DNA of 28,005 bases from Vicugna vicugna (Eukaryota): assembly GCA_013265495.1 (NCBI GenBank), contig PNXW01005888.1, positions 124,001 to 152,005 on the forward strand, read 5' to 3'. The number at the start of each line of letters is the position of its first letter. Positions within the stretch are counted from its first letter, which is position 1. Made by a program: the position numbers and the translations under genes. This document shows, in pieces, positions 1 to 10,245 of the stretch. The notes under the pieces are model-generated. The model saw nothing but the letters and a program-made list of their open reading frames with translations, was not told the origin of the DNA and did no database searches.

Positions 1-212
1 AGGAGGAGACCAAAGGAGGACAGAGCAAACAGGGCGGGGGAAGGTAAAGTGAGCCTCACGCTCCCTCTGTCCCAGGGCCGGCTTTCTAAGCTGAGTGTGT
101 CCCGTTCCATCATAAATTAGCTGAGCAACCTCAGCCAATCACAAAACTGAAGAAATCACAAGAATAACCTAGTTTCACTGTTACAGAAGTGAAAATAGGG
201 CTCATTTGTTTT

Positions 213-460
213 TTCATTCAGTTATCCATTTAACAAATATTTATTCATTCAGCAAACATTCATGTGCCAGACACTATTCCAGGCACTGGAGACACAGAGG
301 GAAATAAGAGAGGTCCCCTTGTCTTTGAGTTTTTCAAGGAAGATCTAAATGCAAAATTACAATGTAGTTACAATTGCTAATCAACATCCAGATAAATGGA
401 AGCAGGGAAATGGAGTGGACTATGCTGGGGGTGGGGGTGGGGGTGTGTTTAGGGAAGGCT
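213..460 (-). mobile_element. L2 LINE 3' fragment
   Basis: TTCATTCA...CAAATATTTATT...ATGTGCCAGACACTATTCCAGGCACTGGAGACACAG resembles the reverse complement of the L2 3' end; right boundary approximate. Confidence 0.7.
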
Positions 461-1084
461 TAATGTGAGTAACAGATTCATCCGAGATCACAGGAGGCAG
501 AACCCTGGTTCCTAGTTAAATACTGATTCTTTACAACTATATAGATTTTAGATGGGGAAAAAAAATGGAACAAAAATGTAATGTCTTGAATTTCCTGGAT
601 GATTTTCTATTTAGTTGGGATTTTGTCAATTGTTTTCATCAAATCACCCTGTTTTGGGACAGATTCTCACTCTTTTCTTTTAGGTTATAAAATGCAAACC
701 AGAAAACTGGTAGATATTTTGCTGTAGCCTCTGGAGAAAACCACAAGTCTTTTTTCGAAAACACTTTACACAAATTCAGTACAAATCAAGTAGACACCTA
801 ACATATCCCCAGCCAGGGGAATTTACCCAGATGTCTCCTGAACATACTTTAGGAAAAAAAAAAAACTGGGTTGGGGATGAGAAAATGAAGAAGGTTGTAC
901 AAATGTGCATGTGAGGGGAGATACAGGCACAGAGGACGCACAGAGCAGAGACTGGCTCGAAGACACATCCATCAGCAGGACTTTTAAAAATCCCCCTTCT
1001 AGGGTGCTCTTAATAATCATTGGCAACAACACGGTCTGCCCCAAACCATGACACATTGTCACCCTAGTATCAGGTGATTTTAAG

Positions 1085-1338
1085 GAATGACTGTTAATTT
1101 TCTAGGTTGACAATATTTTTAATATCTTCTGTTAGAGATACATATGGCTTACAGTTCATATGTATCTGGAGTTTGCTTTAAAAACTTCATGGTAGGAGGT
1201 GAGGAATCGGGTGGAGGGAGATACATAAAATATGTCAAAATATTGATAATTTCTGAAGCTAGGTGATGGGTATACTGGTCTCTCTACTTAAATATATGGC
1301 TGGAATTTCCCATAATAAAATTTGTGATTAAAAAAAAT
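1085..1338 (+). mobile_element. Old L1 (L1ME/L1M-type) 3' UTR fragment
   Basis: TTGATAATTTCTGAAGCTAGGTGATGGGTAT...GGAATTTCCCATAATAAAA followed by an A-run, typical of an old L1 3' terminus. Confidence 0.65.
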
Positions 1339-1509
1339 CTCCTTTCCCATCTTCAGGAGACACATGGCCTCAGAAAACCCAGCCACCTCCTATATGTCAG
1401 TGACTATTACCCTGGGGCATCAGTGAGCCTGTCCTTGATGGGTTAACCACAGACACTGCTTCCCACCCCACACTGACTTTTACAGTCTCTTTCTCCCATT
1501 ATACACCAC

Positions 1510-1710
1510 AAATAGCTATTACTTACCGGGTCCTTATTATACGCCAGGCACACGTGGCTTCTTTAATTTTCATGACAACCCATGAGACAACGGGGTGGGC
1601 GCTAGTCCACACCCTCAGGTGAGGGTACTGAGGAACAGAGTTCTGTAGCTAGAAAGTAGTAGGGCTGGGGTTCTCATTTCAAAGTGCCTGTCCCTAGTCA
1701 CTGTATTCCT
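1510..1710 (-). mobile_element. MIR SINE, degraded
   Basis: GCCAGGCAC...TTTAATTTTCATGACAACCCATGAG...GAGGGTACTGAGG...AGCTAGAAAGTAGTAGGGCTGGG resembles reverse MIR. Confidence 0.55.
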
Positions 1711-2934
1711 TACCTACCCAAAAACTGCAAAGAATCATGATTTCACAGCGAGTAAGGCAGACCGTTAAGAATGAGAGAAATAGTGTAAAGGATCTCTCAG
1801 GATCCTGGGCACTAAGGTGAACCTATATCCCAGATTTCCCGAGGCACTGTGGTCTCAAATATTCTGACACTCTACCCTCTCCATAAGCACAGACATTTAT
1901 CACGTGTCCTGACTTTTTGTTTAAAAAACAGGGTCAGTAGACCTGTAGGGAAAGGCCCAACAATTAAACCACTGATGGGCCTGGTGACAGAGTCTTTCGG
2001 TTCTGGGCTGCTCAGAACACTGGGCACATGACCTCAGCCCTGCTCTCCCTCCCGGAACTGTCATCTCAAACAATCTGACATTGTGACCTCCCAGCAATCC
2101 CCACCTCAAAAGACTGGGACCAACTGGAACGAGCAGGAAGACAAAAGACAAAAACAAAACATGACCTTCTCTGAGTTGAGATCACAGCTGGAAAGACAAA
2201 ACAGAACCTTGTGGGGCCTCCAGAGAGGACCCAGAGGCTTCATGTTTGGTTTTCTTTGTCCTTTACGTGGATTTTACTTTCCTTGCAGATCCAAAGCTAG
2301 GACCTGCGAGTTGTGCGACCTAGCCCAGGGCTAAGACTGAACAGTAAAAGCACCCAAGTAAAACCAAAGGGCAGGGGAAACGTAATTCTTTTGTGTCCTT
2401 AAAAAAGCTTGGTGAATTTTAATTCCCTTGTATCGACTGTCAAAGCCATGGCTCAGATTCCATGGGGAGAATGGAAACCCAAATTATCAAAATCTCCAGG
2501 GACTTTGGAAATGAAAGCATGTCATTGGTCTCTGCCTTGCTGTGATACCTGGGGTTATACTAGTCTGCAGGGAGTGCTCTCCCAAGTCCAGCATCTTCAA
2601 GACATCACGGTTTTGAACCCATCAATCGCCCTGCTTAATCCTTTCCCTGCCCTGGGGATGCTGGCAAGGGAGCTGGCACTGCTGCTAGGCTTGTATCGGC
2701 ATGCAAGGGGAGCTAAAAGGTCTCTAAATGGGATCTGGAGCAAGTTGCCTGCTGCCAAGCCAAGGCCCAGAGGCTCTTCTGACAGAAGTACGTGGTGGAA
2801 GCTGCAGCTGTAAGACACGGGATATTAAGGGAAGATACCAGCAGGTTGAACCTCAGCTGCTAAGTCACCTTGTACTTGTACCTCGCATAAAGATGTAGAA
2901 GAATGAGCAGAAATGAACTTGCAGAATGGTTCTT

Positions 2935-3145
2935 AACTTTTCAAAGCATTGCTTTGACAGGTGTTATTTCTCTTGTTACCCTCTCACTATCCCTGAGATT
3001 GAGGACAAGTGATATAATTCACAATGACCAGACAAGAAAGCTCGTCCCATCTGTGACTTGATTAGAGAAACAGAACCAAGTAGGTCAGACCTGGGCCAAG
3101 ATCCCTGATCTGCCAACATCTAAAACTGTCCTCTTTCCATTAGAT
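2935..3145 (-). mobile_element. MIR-family SINE, highly degraded
   Basis: TTTCAAAGCAT...TTATTTCTCTTG...CTCACTATCCCTGAGA pattern of reverse MIR/MIR3. Confidence 0.4.
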
Positions 3146-3264
3146 GCTTCAGTAATGGTGGTGCTACCAGGCTAGCCTAACACAGATACAGCATTGATGT
3201 GGTGTTGATGGAGAAATGATAAAAAGGATGTGAGCTGGGGACACACTCCAGCTCAATTGTTGGT

Positions 3265-3374
3265 TTCATTTTTCATCTGGAAAGCTTCAAACACACATTA
3301 GTAGGGAGAACAGTACAATAAATCCCCATGTGCCCTCCACCGGCTACAATGATTACCAGCTCATAGCCAGTTCT
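3265..3374 (-). mobile_element. Old L1 (L1ME-type) 3' terminal fragment
   Basis: GGAAAGCTTCAAACACACATTAGTAGGGAGAACAGTACAATAAATCCCCATGTGCCCTCCACC...CTCATAGCCAGT resembles the reverse L1ME 3' end. Confidence 0.6.
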
Positions 3375-3410
3375 CTCTTTTCTTTTTTTTTTTCCTTCAT
3401 AGCCAGTTCT
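3361..3410 (-). repeat. 14-bp direct repeat (TCATAGCCAGTTCT) flanking a 22-bp T-rich insert; likely TSD-flanked poly(A) retroinsertion
   Basis: Exact copies at 3361-3374 and 3397-3410 with CTCTTTTCTTTTTTTTTTTCCT between them. Confidence 0.75.
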
Positions 3411-4309
3411 TTTGATGTCCACTAGTGCCCAGCATGCTAAACTGCTTGGCAACAAAGAGTCAAATGACTGGCTTGGCCTTGGCACCTGCTTTGGAACTCC
3501 CTGAGCCCTCCAGCATCCTGGACAGACGTGGCCACAAGGGCCAGTAGAGATACGCTTCAGAGGCAAGGGCTGTAGGTAGGCTGGTGGTGAAAAGAAGGCA
3601 CAGGCAGTCATTAGGTGACTTCCTGTCTCAGAGAAAACACAAACTTGACCTGGGATAGCTCTGGCAAGTTTAGGGATTGGACTAGAAATCGACAAAATGC
3701 TGAGATTAAATTTAATTCAACCAACTTCTGTTAAGTGCAAGGCTGTGGCTTGTGAGGCTCAGGTCTCCACTCTGAATGTCCTGGAACTTTCCTGCAGAGG
3801 GGGCCAATCAATCCAAGTGCCTAAAAGAAAGAGGTCTGAGGTCGCTACAGGAGGCATCAGAAGGTAACAGGGACTTTGTTCCGGGTACAATTTCCACCAG
3901 GCTCTCATATGGCATTTAACTATGGCTCACTCCCTGAATATGAGCACCTTTTGTGATTTCCACTTGCGGATCATAGGCTACCACCATCTTCTGAAAGTGC
4001 TCTGCTTGACTAGGCTGACCACTTGCCCAACTGTAGACAAGGAAGAGCTCTGTGCCTCCTTTCTGAAGATGGAGTCCGGGGGGTGGGGGAGGGGACACAG
4101 GGGGCACAGCTTCCTCTGATCTCACACTGTCACCTGATGTAAGCTGACAGCATGCATTTTGCCTCTTTTGAGGGCTGAGTAAGCATCACATTTCACTACG
4201 CTGGGGAGGACAGGAAAAGGTGAGCGTGTCCCAGCCTTCCAGGATCTAAATACCAGAAGGAGCTGAGACAACCAGGAATAGCATCCCTTGAGACAAAACC
4301 AATAAAGAG

Positions 4310-4640
4310 AAACAGCAGAGCGTATACTTAAGATCCAGAATCCTGGTTCCCGACAGGCCTGGTTTTGAACACTACCTCAAGCACTAATTAGTCCTGTGAT
4401 CATCAACCGTTTGCTTAACTTCTCTGAGCCTCGGTTCCATTTTGAAATTGAGGGCAGTAATACTTGAAAGGGAGAGCAATAATCTTGGGTTGAACCATAA
4501 GAAACTGTCAACATTTAACCATTTCTTGACCTTCAAAATTGGCATTTCATAGACCACGCTATGTTGGATTTTTTTGAATTAAAGGAAATATTATAAAAGC
4601 CTGGCACATGGTAAGCACTCAATAAATGACAGTTACTATC
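4310..4640 (+). mobile_element. MIR SINE interrupted by MADE2
   Basis: GCTTAACTTCTCTGAGCCTCGGTTCC core and 3' end GCCTGGCACATGGTAAGCACTCAATAAATG. Confidence 0.75.
4485..4551. mobile_element. MADE2-like mariner MITE (one terminal repeat truncated)
   Basis: GGTTGAACCATAAGAAACTGTCAACATTTAACCATTTCTTGACCTTCAAAATTGGCATTTCATA resembles the MADE2 consensus as recalled. Confidence 0.7.
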
Positions 4641-4744
4641 AACAAACAAAAGGCAAACCCACGGTGTTCTGTGCATACAAGGAAATGCGGCCCACAGATA
4701 TGCTCACCATCAGATCCACCTCAGAGAGGAGGTCAGGGGATTTT

Positions 4745-5380
4745 TAAAACTTATTTTAGCTCTTTATTTTTGAATACTGAACAAAGGAGTATATGGTGCA
4801 AAGCAAGGCTTCTTCCCACCCTGTACTCCAACAATAGTTCTCCCCAGAGGCAACCACTGTTACAGGGATTTGTGTCTTTCAGAGATGTTCAGTGCACATA
4901 CAAGCGTTCATATATACATTACACACAAATGGTAGCAACTATGCATACTCTACTTAATATAACTCAGAGAGTTTCTTATATCGATATATGTATATATATA
5001 TACACACAGATATATATGTGTATATATACATGTTATAAATATACATATATACAGGTATATATACGTATATATATATATACCTGCCCCATTTTCCCTCCAT
5101 GCTTTTTAATAGCTTTAATGTATTCTATTGTGTGGCTATTACATGATTTCATTTGAGCCCATCTTGATAGACTTTTGGATTGTTTGAAATCTTTTGCTAA
5201 AATAATGTTGCAATGAATAGCTATCATTTCATGCACATCAGAGTTTATCTGAAGGCCAAAGTCCCAGAAATTGAATTGTAGGGCTAGATCATACAGATTT
5301 TTAAATGGCCAAATAGTCCAAATTGCCCTCCCCTGAGGCTAATTCACACTCCAGCCAGCAACAAGTGCCTGTTTGCCTGT
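4745..5380 (-). mobile_element. Old L1 (L1ME-type) fragment containing a TA-rich microsatellite
   Basis: CCCCAGAGGCAACCACTGTTA...TATTCTATTGTGTGG...GATAGACTTTTGGATTGTTT...TTGCAATGAATA...CACTCCAGCCAGCAA, reverse L1 ORF2-end/3' UTR motifs. Confidence 0.65.
4984..5080. repeat. Imperfect (TA)n/(TATG/TACA) microsatellite
   Basis: Directly visible. Confidence 0.9.
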
Positions 5381-5829
5381 CACAGAGGTCTGTTTTGAAT
5401 TTGTTTTTGAAGAAGGGAGAGATGGTTCAGCTGGGTCGGCCAGAGCATGCAGGACAGTGGCTCAGCAGCCACCCCGCTGTGAAGTCACATGTGGGAACCT
5501 GGCATCTTAGCATCAGTGTGTAGAAAGCACTCTTCAACCCACAAGGAGCAGAGTTCCACACACAGAAACACAACCTCATAGAGGGAGGGGAATAGTAAAG
5601 AGCGCTCCTCCCAGGAGCAAAGTGGGAGGTACAATCCCTCTTCTATAGCTGGTGACTTCTGGAGAGGGCAGAGGGGAAGCCACATTTTCTCAGCTCCGGT
5701 GTTAGTTTCAGTGAGTTTGGGACCACAGTGTGTAAGCCACCATAGCCCAGCTCTGAGCAGGCTCCCTCAGCAGATCATGGGAAGGAAGGTGGTAGGTGGA
5801 CAGTGGATCACACCCCACATTTGGAATTT

Positions 5830-6030
5830 AGGGTGCTTCCGTTTTGAGTCTTGCCTCTTCCACTTTTCAGCTATATGACCTTGGGCAAATCACAATTTCT
5901 CTCAGTCCTAGTTTCGTCCGTTATAGAATGGGGACAAAACACTGGAAGTGATGTTCTGTAAAATGTCAAGTGATGTTACCATATACACAGTGTCCGCGGC
6001 ATAGAAGACAGTGCAAAAAATTTAATGAAG
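5830..6030 (+). mobile_element. MIR SINE
   Basis: CAGCTATATGACCTTGGGCAAATCACAATTTCTCTCAGTCCTAGTTTC...ATAGAATGGGGAC MIR core. Confidence 0.7.
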
Positions 6031-6399
6031 GAACAAACGACTTTTCCACTTAAATTGTTATTCAAGTGATCTTTTACGCAGAGGTTTTAGCTGGAACTAA
6101 GGCTCCGTCCGGAAGTTTTATGAGGTGTATTCATAGTAAAAGTTTATAGAAGAGACGTCCCCTGGCAGGGACAAACCCAACAGAGAGCGGATTCTACTCC
6201 CAGATGAGGGACTTCATTGCCTCTGCCACCTCTATTAAGGCCGCCTGCGCCCCGGTGACCGATTCCTCTCTAAGGCTCCTAGGACACAAAGCTCTTGGTG
6301 TCATTCGGCGCCCAACTGGTTTTCTGTTCTGTTTGACTGAACTGCCCCTAGGAGTTAAGCTTAATCCATAAGGACCCCTAAGAGAGCCACCCAGAAATC

Positions 6400-7350
6400 A
6401 CAGAAGGGATAACCCGAGATGAGACGGGGACGGGAGCGGGAGGTGGGAGAGCGAGCGAGAGCTCAGGCAACGCAGTGGAAAGCTTGCAAGTTCGCTCCGA
6501 GGGCCCTTCCCGGGAGCAACTGGATCGAGCCGGTCCCAAATTCCGGATCCTCCCTAGGAAGGCTACTTCTCGCCTCGCGGCGCGGGTCCCCCGAGCCCGA
6601 CCCGCGGCTCCCGGCGCTCCCAGTCGCTGGAGTTCGTTTGCAGGTAGGGAGGCACCTGCTCCGGAATCGCCCTCCGGCCAGAGGCAGCCGATCCTCTCCA
6701 CCCCCCCAAACAACCCCCCCCCCCCCCGCCCCCCACCACCCATCCCTGCCCGCGGGGCGCCGGGGGCCGCTCACCTCCAGCCAGCTCGCGGAGTCCCCGC
6801 CGCGCACCGGGCACACGGGCGCCCCCCGCGCGCGTCCGCCGCTGACCTTGCGTCGATCTCGCCCGAGTCCGCAGCGGCCGCCGGGTCTCCGGTCCCCGGC
6901 AGCAGGGGTCGGGGTGGGCGGGGCAGGAGCGGCGGGGCCGGGAGGGGTGCCCGCGGGCTGGCCGCACAAAGCCGAGCCGACTCCGCCGCGCCCCCTCCCC
7001 GCCGGCTCCCCGCCCGCTCCTTAAAGGCAGAGCGCGGGGCTCGGCTCCCGGGGCGGCTCGCGGAGAGGCACAGGAAGTGACCTCAGCGGGCTCCAGCCTC
7101 CCACCTCTCCACATCGCTCGGCTCGTCCCTGGGGCGGCGGGGTCCCGTGGGCCGGTGGAGGGGGGGCTCTCCCCGGGCTCCGGCCCCGAGCTCTCTGCGG
7201 AGGCCGAATCGGCTGCAGCCAGGGCGCCCCGGGATCTGCTCAGCTCCCTGCCAGCTTGGGACCCTCGTAGGATGGGGCGCAAGACCAGACCCTACCCCTC
7301 CCGAGGGGAGTCCAGCATTTTGTCGTGCAGGAACCGTCACGCCGGATATT
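6400..7350. promoter_or_regulatory. CpG island, promoter of a minus-strand gene
   Basis: Very high GC and CpG density, multiple GC boxes, ETS site ACAGGAAGTG at 7070-7079 overlapping TGACCTCA, TATA-like CTTTAAG on the minus strand near 7020-7026. Confidence 0.9.
6775..6990 (-). other. Probable non-coding first exon of an unidentified gene
   Basis: Strong donor GAG|GTGAGC on the minus strand (GT at 6774-6773) inside the CpG island, followed by intronic G-runs; no ATG seen in the exon; TSS approximate. Confidence 0.65.
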
Positions 7351-7466
7351 TAGAGCAGTTCTTATTTCAGAGAGTCTTGTCCACTGGCAGACCTAAATTC
7401 TAATTTGTAATTTGGGAAAAAAAAAACCAACAAAATACCTCACCACACCCTAGAGGGTAACTTGCT

Positions 7467-7537
7467 TGCGTATGTATGTATGTATGTATGTATGTATGTA
7501 TGTATATATGCATGTATGTATGTATATATGCATGCAT
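7467..7537. repeat. (TATG)n-based microsatellite, uninterrupted purine-pyrimidine alternation
   Basis: Directly visible. Confidence 0.9.
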
Positions 7538-7864
7538 TACTTATTGTAAAGGAGCCTGCCTAGGAGCCAGAAAGGCAAACAGGACACCGCCTGCGGGCAG
7601 CTCGCGGGGCACCCTTACTGTCCCTCAGCTCACCAGGACACTCCTACTCCCAGAGGGGACTGGAGCACTTAATTTTTGGTTTGCTGGATATGGGGTAAAG
7701 GTGAGTCTGGAGAATATTGCAGGGAAGGATCAGCGTTTCAAAACAGAGCTTTCTTCCCCAATCCTGCAGGCTCTCGGTCTAGGCCTGAACAGAAAGGCAG
7801 ACGTCACCAGGGTCCATTTCTCCAAGGAAGCTTTAGAAGTCTCACTCCAGGCGGTGGTAAAAGA

Positions 7865-7970
7865 GCCCCTGGCTGCACCCCAGTTTTGAATCTGATTCTC
7901 TGCAGGTGAAGTTGCCCAGCTAATAAGCTCCCCAGGTAATTCTCACGCACAATTTTGAGAACCCAGACTA
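7865..7970 (+). mobile_element. MER5-like hAT MITE fragment
   Basis: GCACCCCAG...TCTGATTC...CTAATAAGCTCCCCAGGTAATTCT...TTTGAGAACC resembles the MER5A 3' half. Confidence 0.45.
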
Positions 7971-8224
7971 TGAAAAGCTGGAATAGGTAGTTCAGGAGGC
8001 CAAGGGTGAAAGTTCAACTGCGTCAACGGGACTTCAGGGGCTGAACTTACAAATAGATTCATAGCTCCTAACGATCGGGATAGATCAGCCCCAGACTGTG
8101 GGACACTGGCCTCTGGTATCCCCTTCAACACCAGAAGTGTTGCCTAAGGAAGCCTGTGGCATTTGTAAGGGAGATTCCTTCATTCATCCATTCCTGCATG
8201 CATGCATGCATGCATTCACTCACT

Positions 8225-8510
8225 TTGAATAGGTAATCATGCACATAGTATAAATTTCAAATAATACAGAAGGGTGAACAATAAACAGTAAGTCTCTGCC
8301 CCTCTTCTTGTCCCCCAGATCACTCCTCCCCAAACACAACTGCTGTTGTAAGTTTTTGTGTGTATTCCTTCAAGATATTTTATGCACACGTAAGTATTCA
8401 TGTATTCATAAGTACATATGTATTTCAACACTAAGGAAGCATCCCTTGCTTTTTTGTCCTGACTTTGCCATTTGTTGACTCTAAGTGTGACAAATCATCA
8501 CACTTAGAAA
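8225..8510 (-). mobile_element. Old L1ME-type fragment, 3' part (continues after the younger L1)
   Basis: GGTAATCATGCACATAGTATAAATTTCAAATAATACAGAAGGGT...GTGTATTCCTTCAAGATATTTTATGCAC. Confidence 0.6.
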
Positions 8511-8520
8511 TGCCTTACCC

Positions 8521-9220
8521 CGCCCAAGTTTTATGGAGATTTAATTGATATATAGTACCGTATAAGTTTAAGGTGTGGAACATAATGATTTGACTTACAC
8601 ACATCATGAAATGATTACTACAAAAGATTTAGCTCCTCTCATATAGATACAAAATTAAAGAAATGGAAAAAAATTTTTTTCTTTGTGATGAGAACTCAGG
8701 ATTTACTCTCTTAACTTTGATATATAACACACAGCAGTGTTCATTATATTTGTCATGTTGTGCAGTAAATCCCTAGTACTTACTTCTCGTATAACTAGAG
8801 GTTTGTAGCTATTGATTGCCTTCATCCAGTCCCCTCCACCCCCCACCTCTGATAACCACAAATCTGGTCTCTTTTTCTATGAGTTTGTTTCTTTGTCTTT
8901 GAAGTATAACTGAGCTACAACACTATGTTAGTTCCTAGCATACAACAGTGATTCGCTATTTCTACACATTTCGAAATGATCACTACAGTAAAAGTCTAGT
9001 TATGCTACGTCACCATAAAAAGATACTGCCTCGTTATTGACTATATGCTCCACGCTGTACATTTCATACCTGTGACTCATTTGTTTTGCAACTGGAAGTT
9101 TGTACCTTTTAATCTCCTTCACCTATTTCTTTCCTCCCCCGCCCTCCTCCTCTCTGGCAACCACCTGTTTGTTCTCCGTATCTATAGCTCTGTTTCTGTT
9201 TTGTTCCGTTTGTTCATTTG
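8521..9220 (-). mobile_element. Younger 5'-truncated L1 3' UTR (cetartiodactyl-type), with two related 3'-UTR modules in tandem
   Basis: TAAGTTTAAGGTGT...TTTGTGATGAGAACTC...ATAACCACAAATCTG and a second module AACTGGAAGTTTGTACC...CTCTGGCAACCAC; candidate TSD TGCCTTAC at 8511-8518 and 9219-9226. Confidence 0.85.
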
Positions 9221-9229
9221 CCTTACTTT

Positions 9230-9520
9230 TTAAAATGGTTCCCTAGTGTTCCTAATGACGGATATTTAGGATGTTTCCAATCCTCCCTTGGCTATTACTT
9301 ACCTTGCTGCAATGAATATTTCTGGACATACTTCTTGGTCCATATATATGACTATCTTTAAGGTCTAGTACTTAAAAGTGGAATTGCTGGGTGTAAATAC
9401 AATGTGAATTTTAAATTTCAATAGATGCTGCCAAATTGCCCTCAAAGAAGAGTCACCAACCCACACTTCTGTCAGTGGGTTCCAGTGCCACTTTTTCCCT
9501 CCCACTGGTGTCGTTGAAAC
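9230..9520 (-). mobile_element. Old L1ME-type fragment, continuation
   Basis: GGATATTTAGGATGTTTCCAAT...GCTGCAATGAATAT...AAAAGTGGAATTGCTGGGT...TGCCAAATTGCCCTC. Confidence 0.7.
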
Positions 9521-9689
9521 GATTTATCACAAAGTAGAAAGCTTTTAGAAAGGGAGGATGAAATGAGTTAAATGCATGGATGATTTTAAAACACTGCCGA
9601 CACACAGAAAGGCTCAACAAAGTGTTAGCCTATGGTCTCCCAACTGCACTCCTCTGCGTGACCTCCCCCTTGCTTTGGGCTCTGTTTCA

Positions 9690-9860
9690 GTCCAGCTCTG
9701 TAAACCCAGATGAGTTCCTTAGCCTCTCTGGGACTCAGTTTCCTTATCTTTAATATGGGCATCAGAATGTCTCCCTCTGGAGTTGGTTTGAGGATTAAAT
9801 CAGATAATAGAGTTACATAAATTTGGGGATCCGATCATTGTTCAGTAAGTGACAACTATT
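9690..9860 (+). mobile_element. MIR SINE
   Basis: CTTAGCCTCTCTGGGACTCAGTTTCCTTATCTTTAATATGGG...TGAGGATTAAATCAGATAA. Confidence 0.7.
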
Positions 9861-9885
9861 CTTCCCTCAAATTCCCTGCCCCCCA

Positions 9886-10245
9886 ACTTTTTATTTTGAA
9901 AATGTCAAACCTATAGAAGTTGCAAAAAACAGTACATTAAGCACCTGTAAACTCTTCTCCTAGATTTACCAATTGTTAACTTATTACTGTATTTACTTTC
10001 TCTTCTCTCTCTTTCTCTCTATGTATATGCGTATATAGATATATCTTTTTCATTTAAGAGTTAGTTGTACACGTCGTGACCTTTTACCCCTGAACAGTTC
10101 AGCATATTCCTCCTAAGAACAAGTATATTTTCCTAATATCAACACACTTAGGAAATTTAGTATCAACACAATACTATCATCTACTATACACGCCATATTC
10201 CAATTTCCCCTATTGTCCCAATAATGCTTTTTATCGTTCACTTTT
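9886..10245 (-). mobile_element. Old L1 (L1MC4/5-like) 3' end
   Basis: TTTTTATTTTGAAAATGTCAAACCTATAGAAGTTGCAA...TAGATTTACCAATTGTTAAC...TTTACCCCTGAA...CCTAAGAACAAG. Confidence 0.7.

Noticed and set aside
4626..5156. 176-aa ORF
   Set aside because: Runs through antisense L1ME and a TA microsatellite (Y/I/T repeats); no coding signature
6378..7403. Overlapping 100-240 aa ORFs on both strands in the left CpG island
   Set aside because: Low-complexity P/G/R/A content with open frames on both strands and no recognisable domain; expected from stop-codon scarcity in GC-rich DNA
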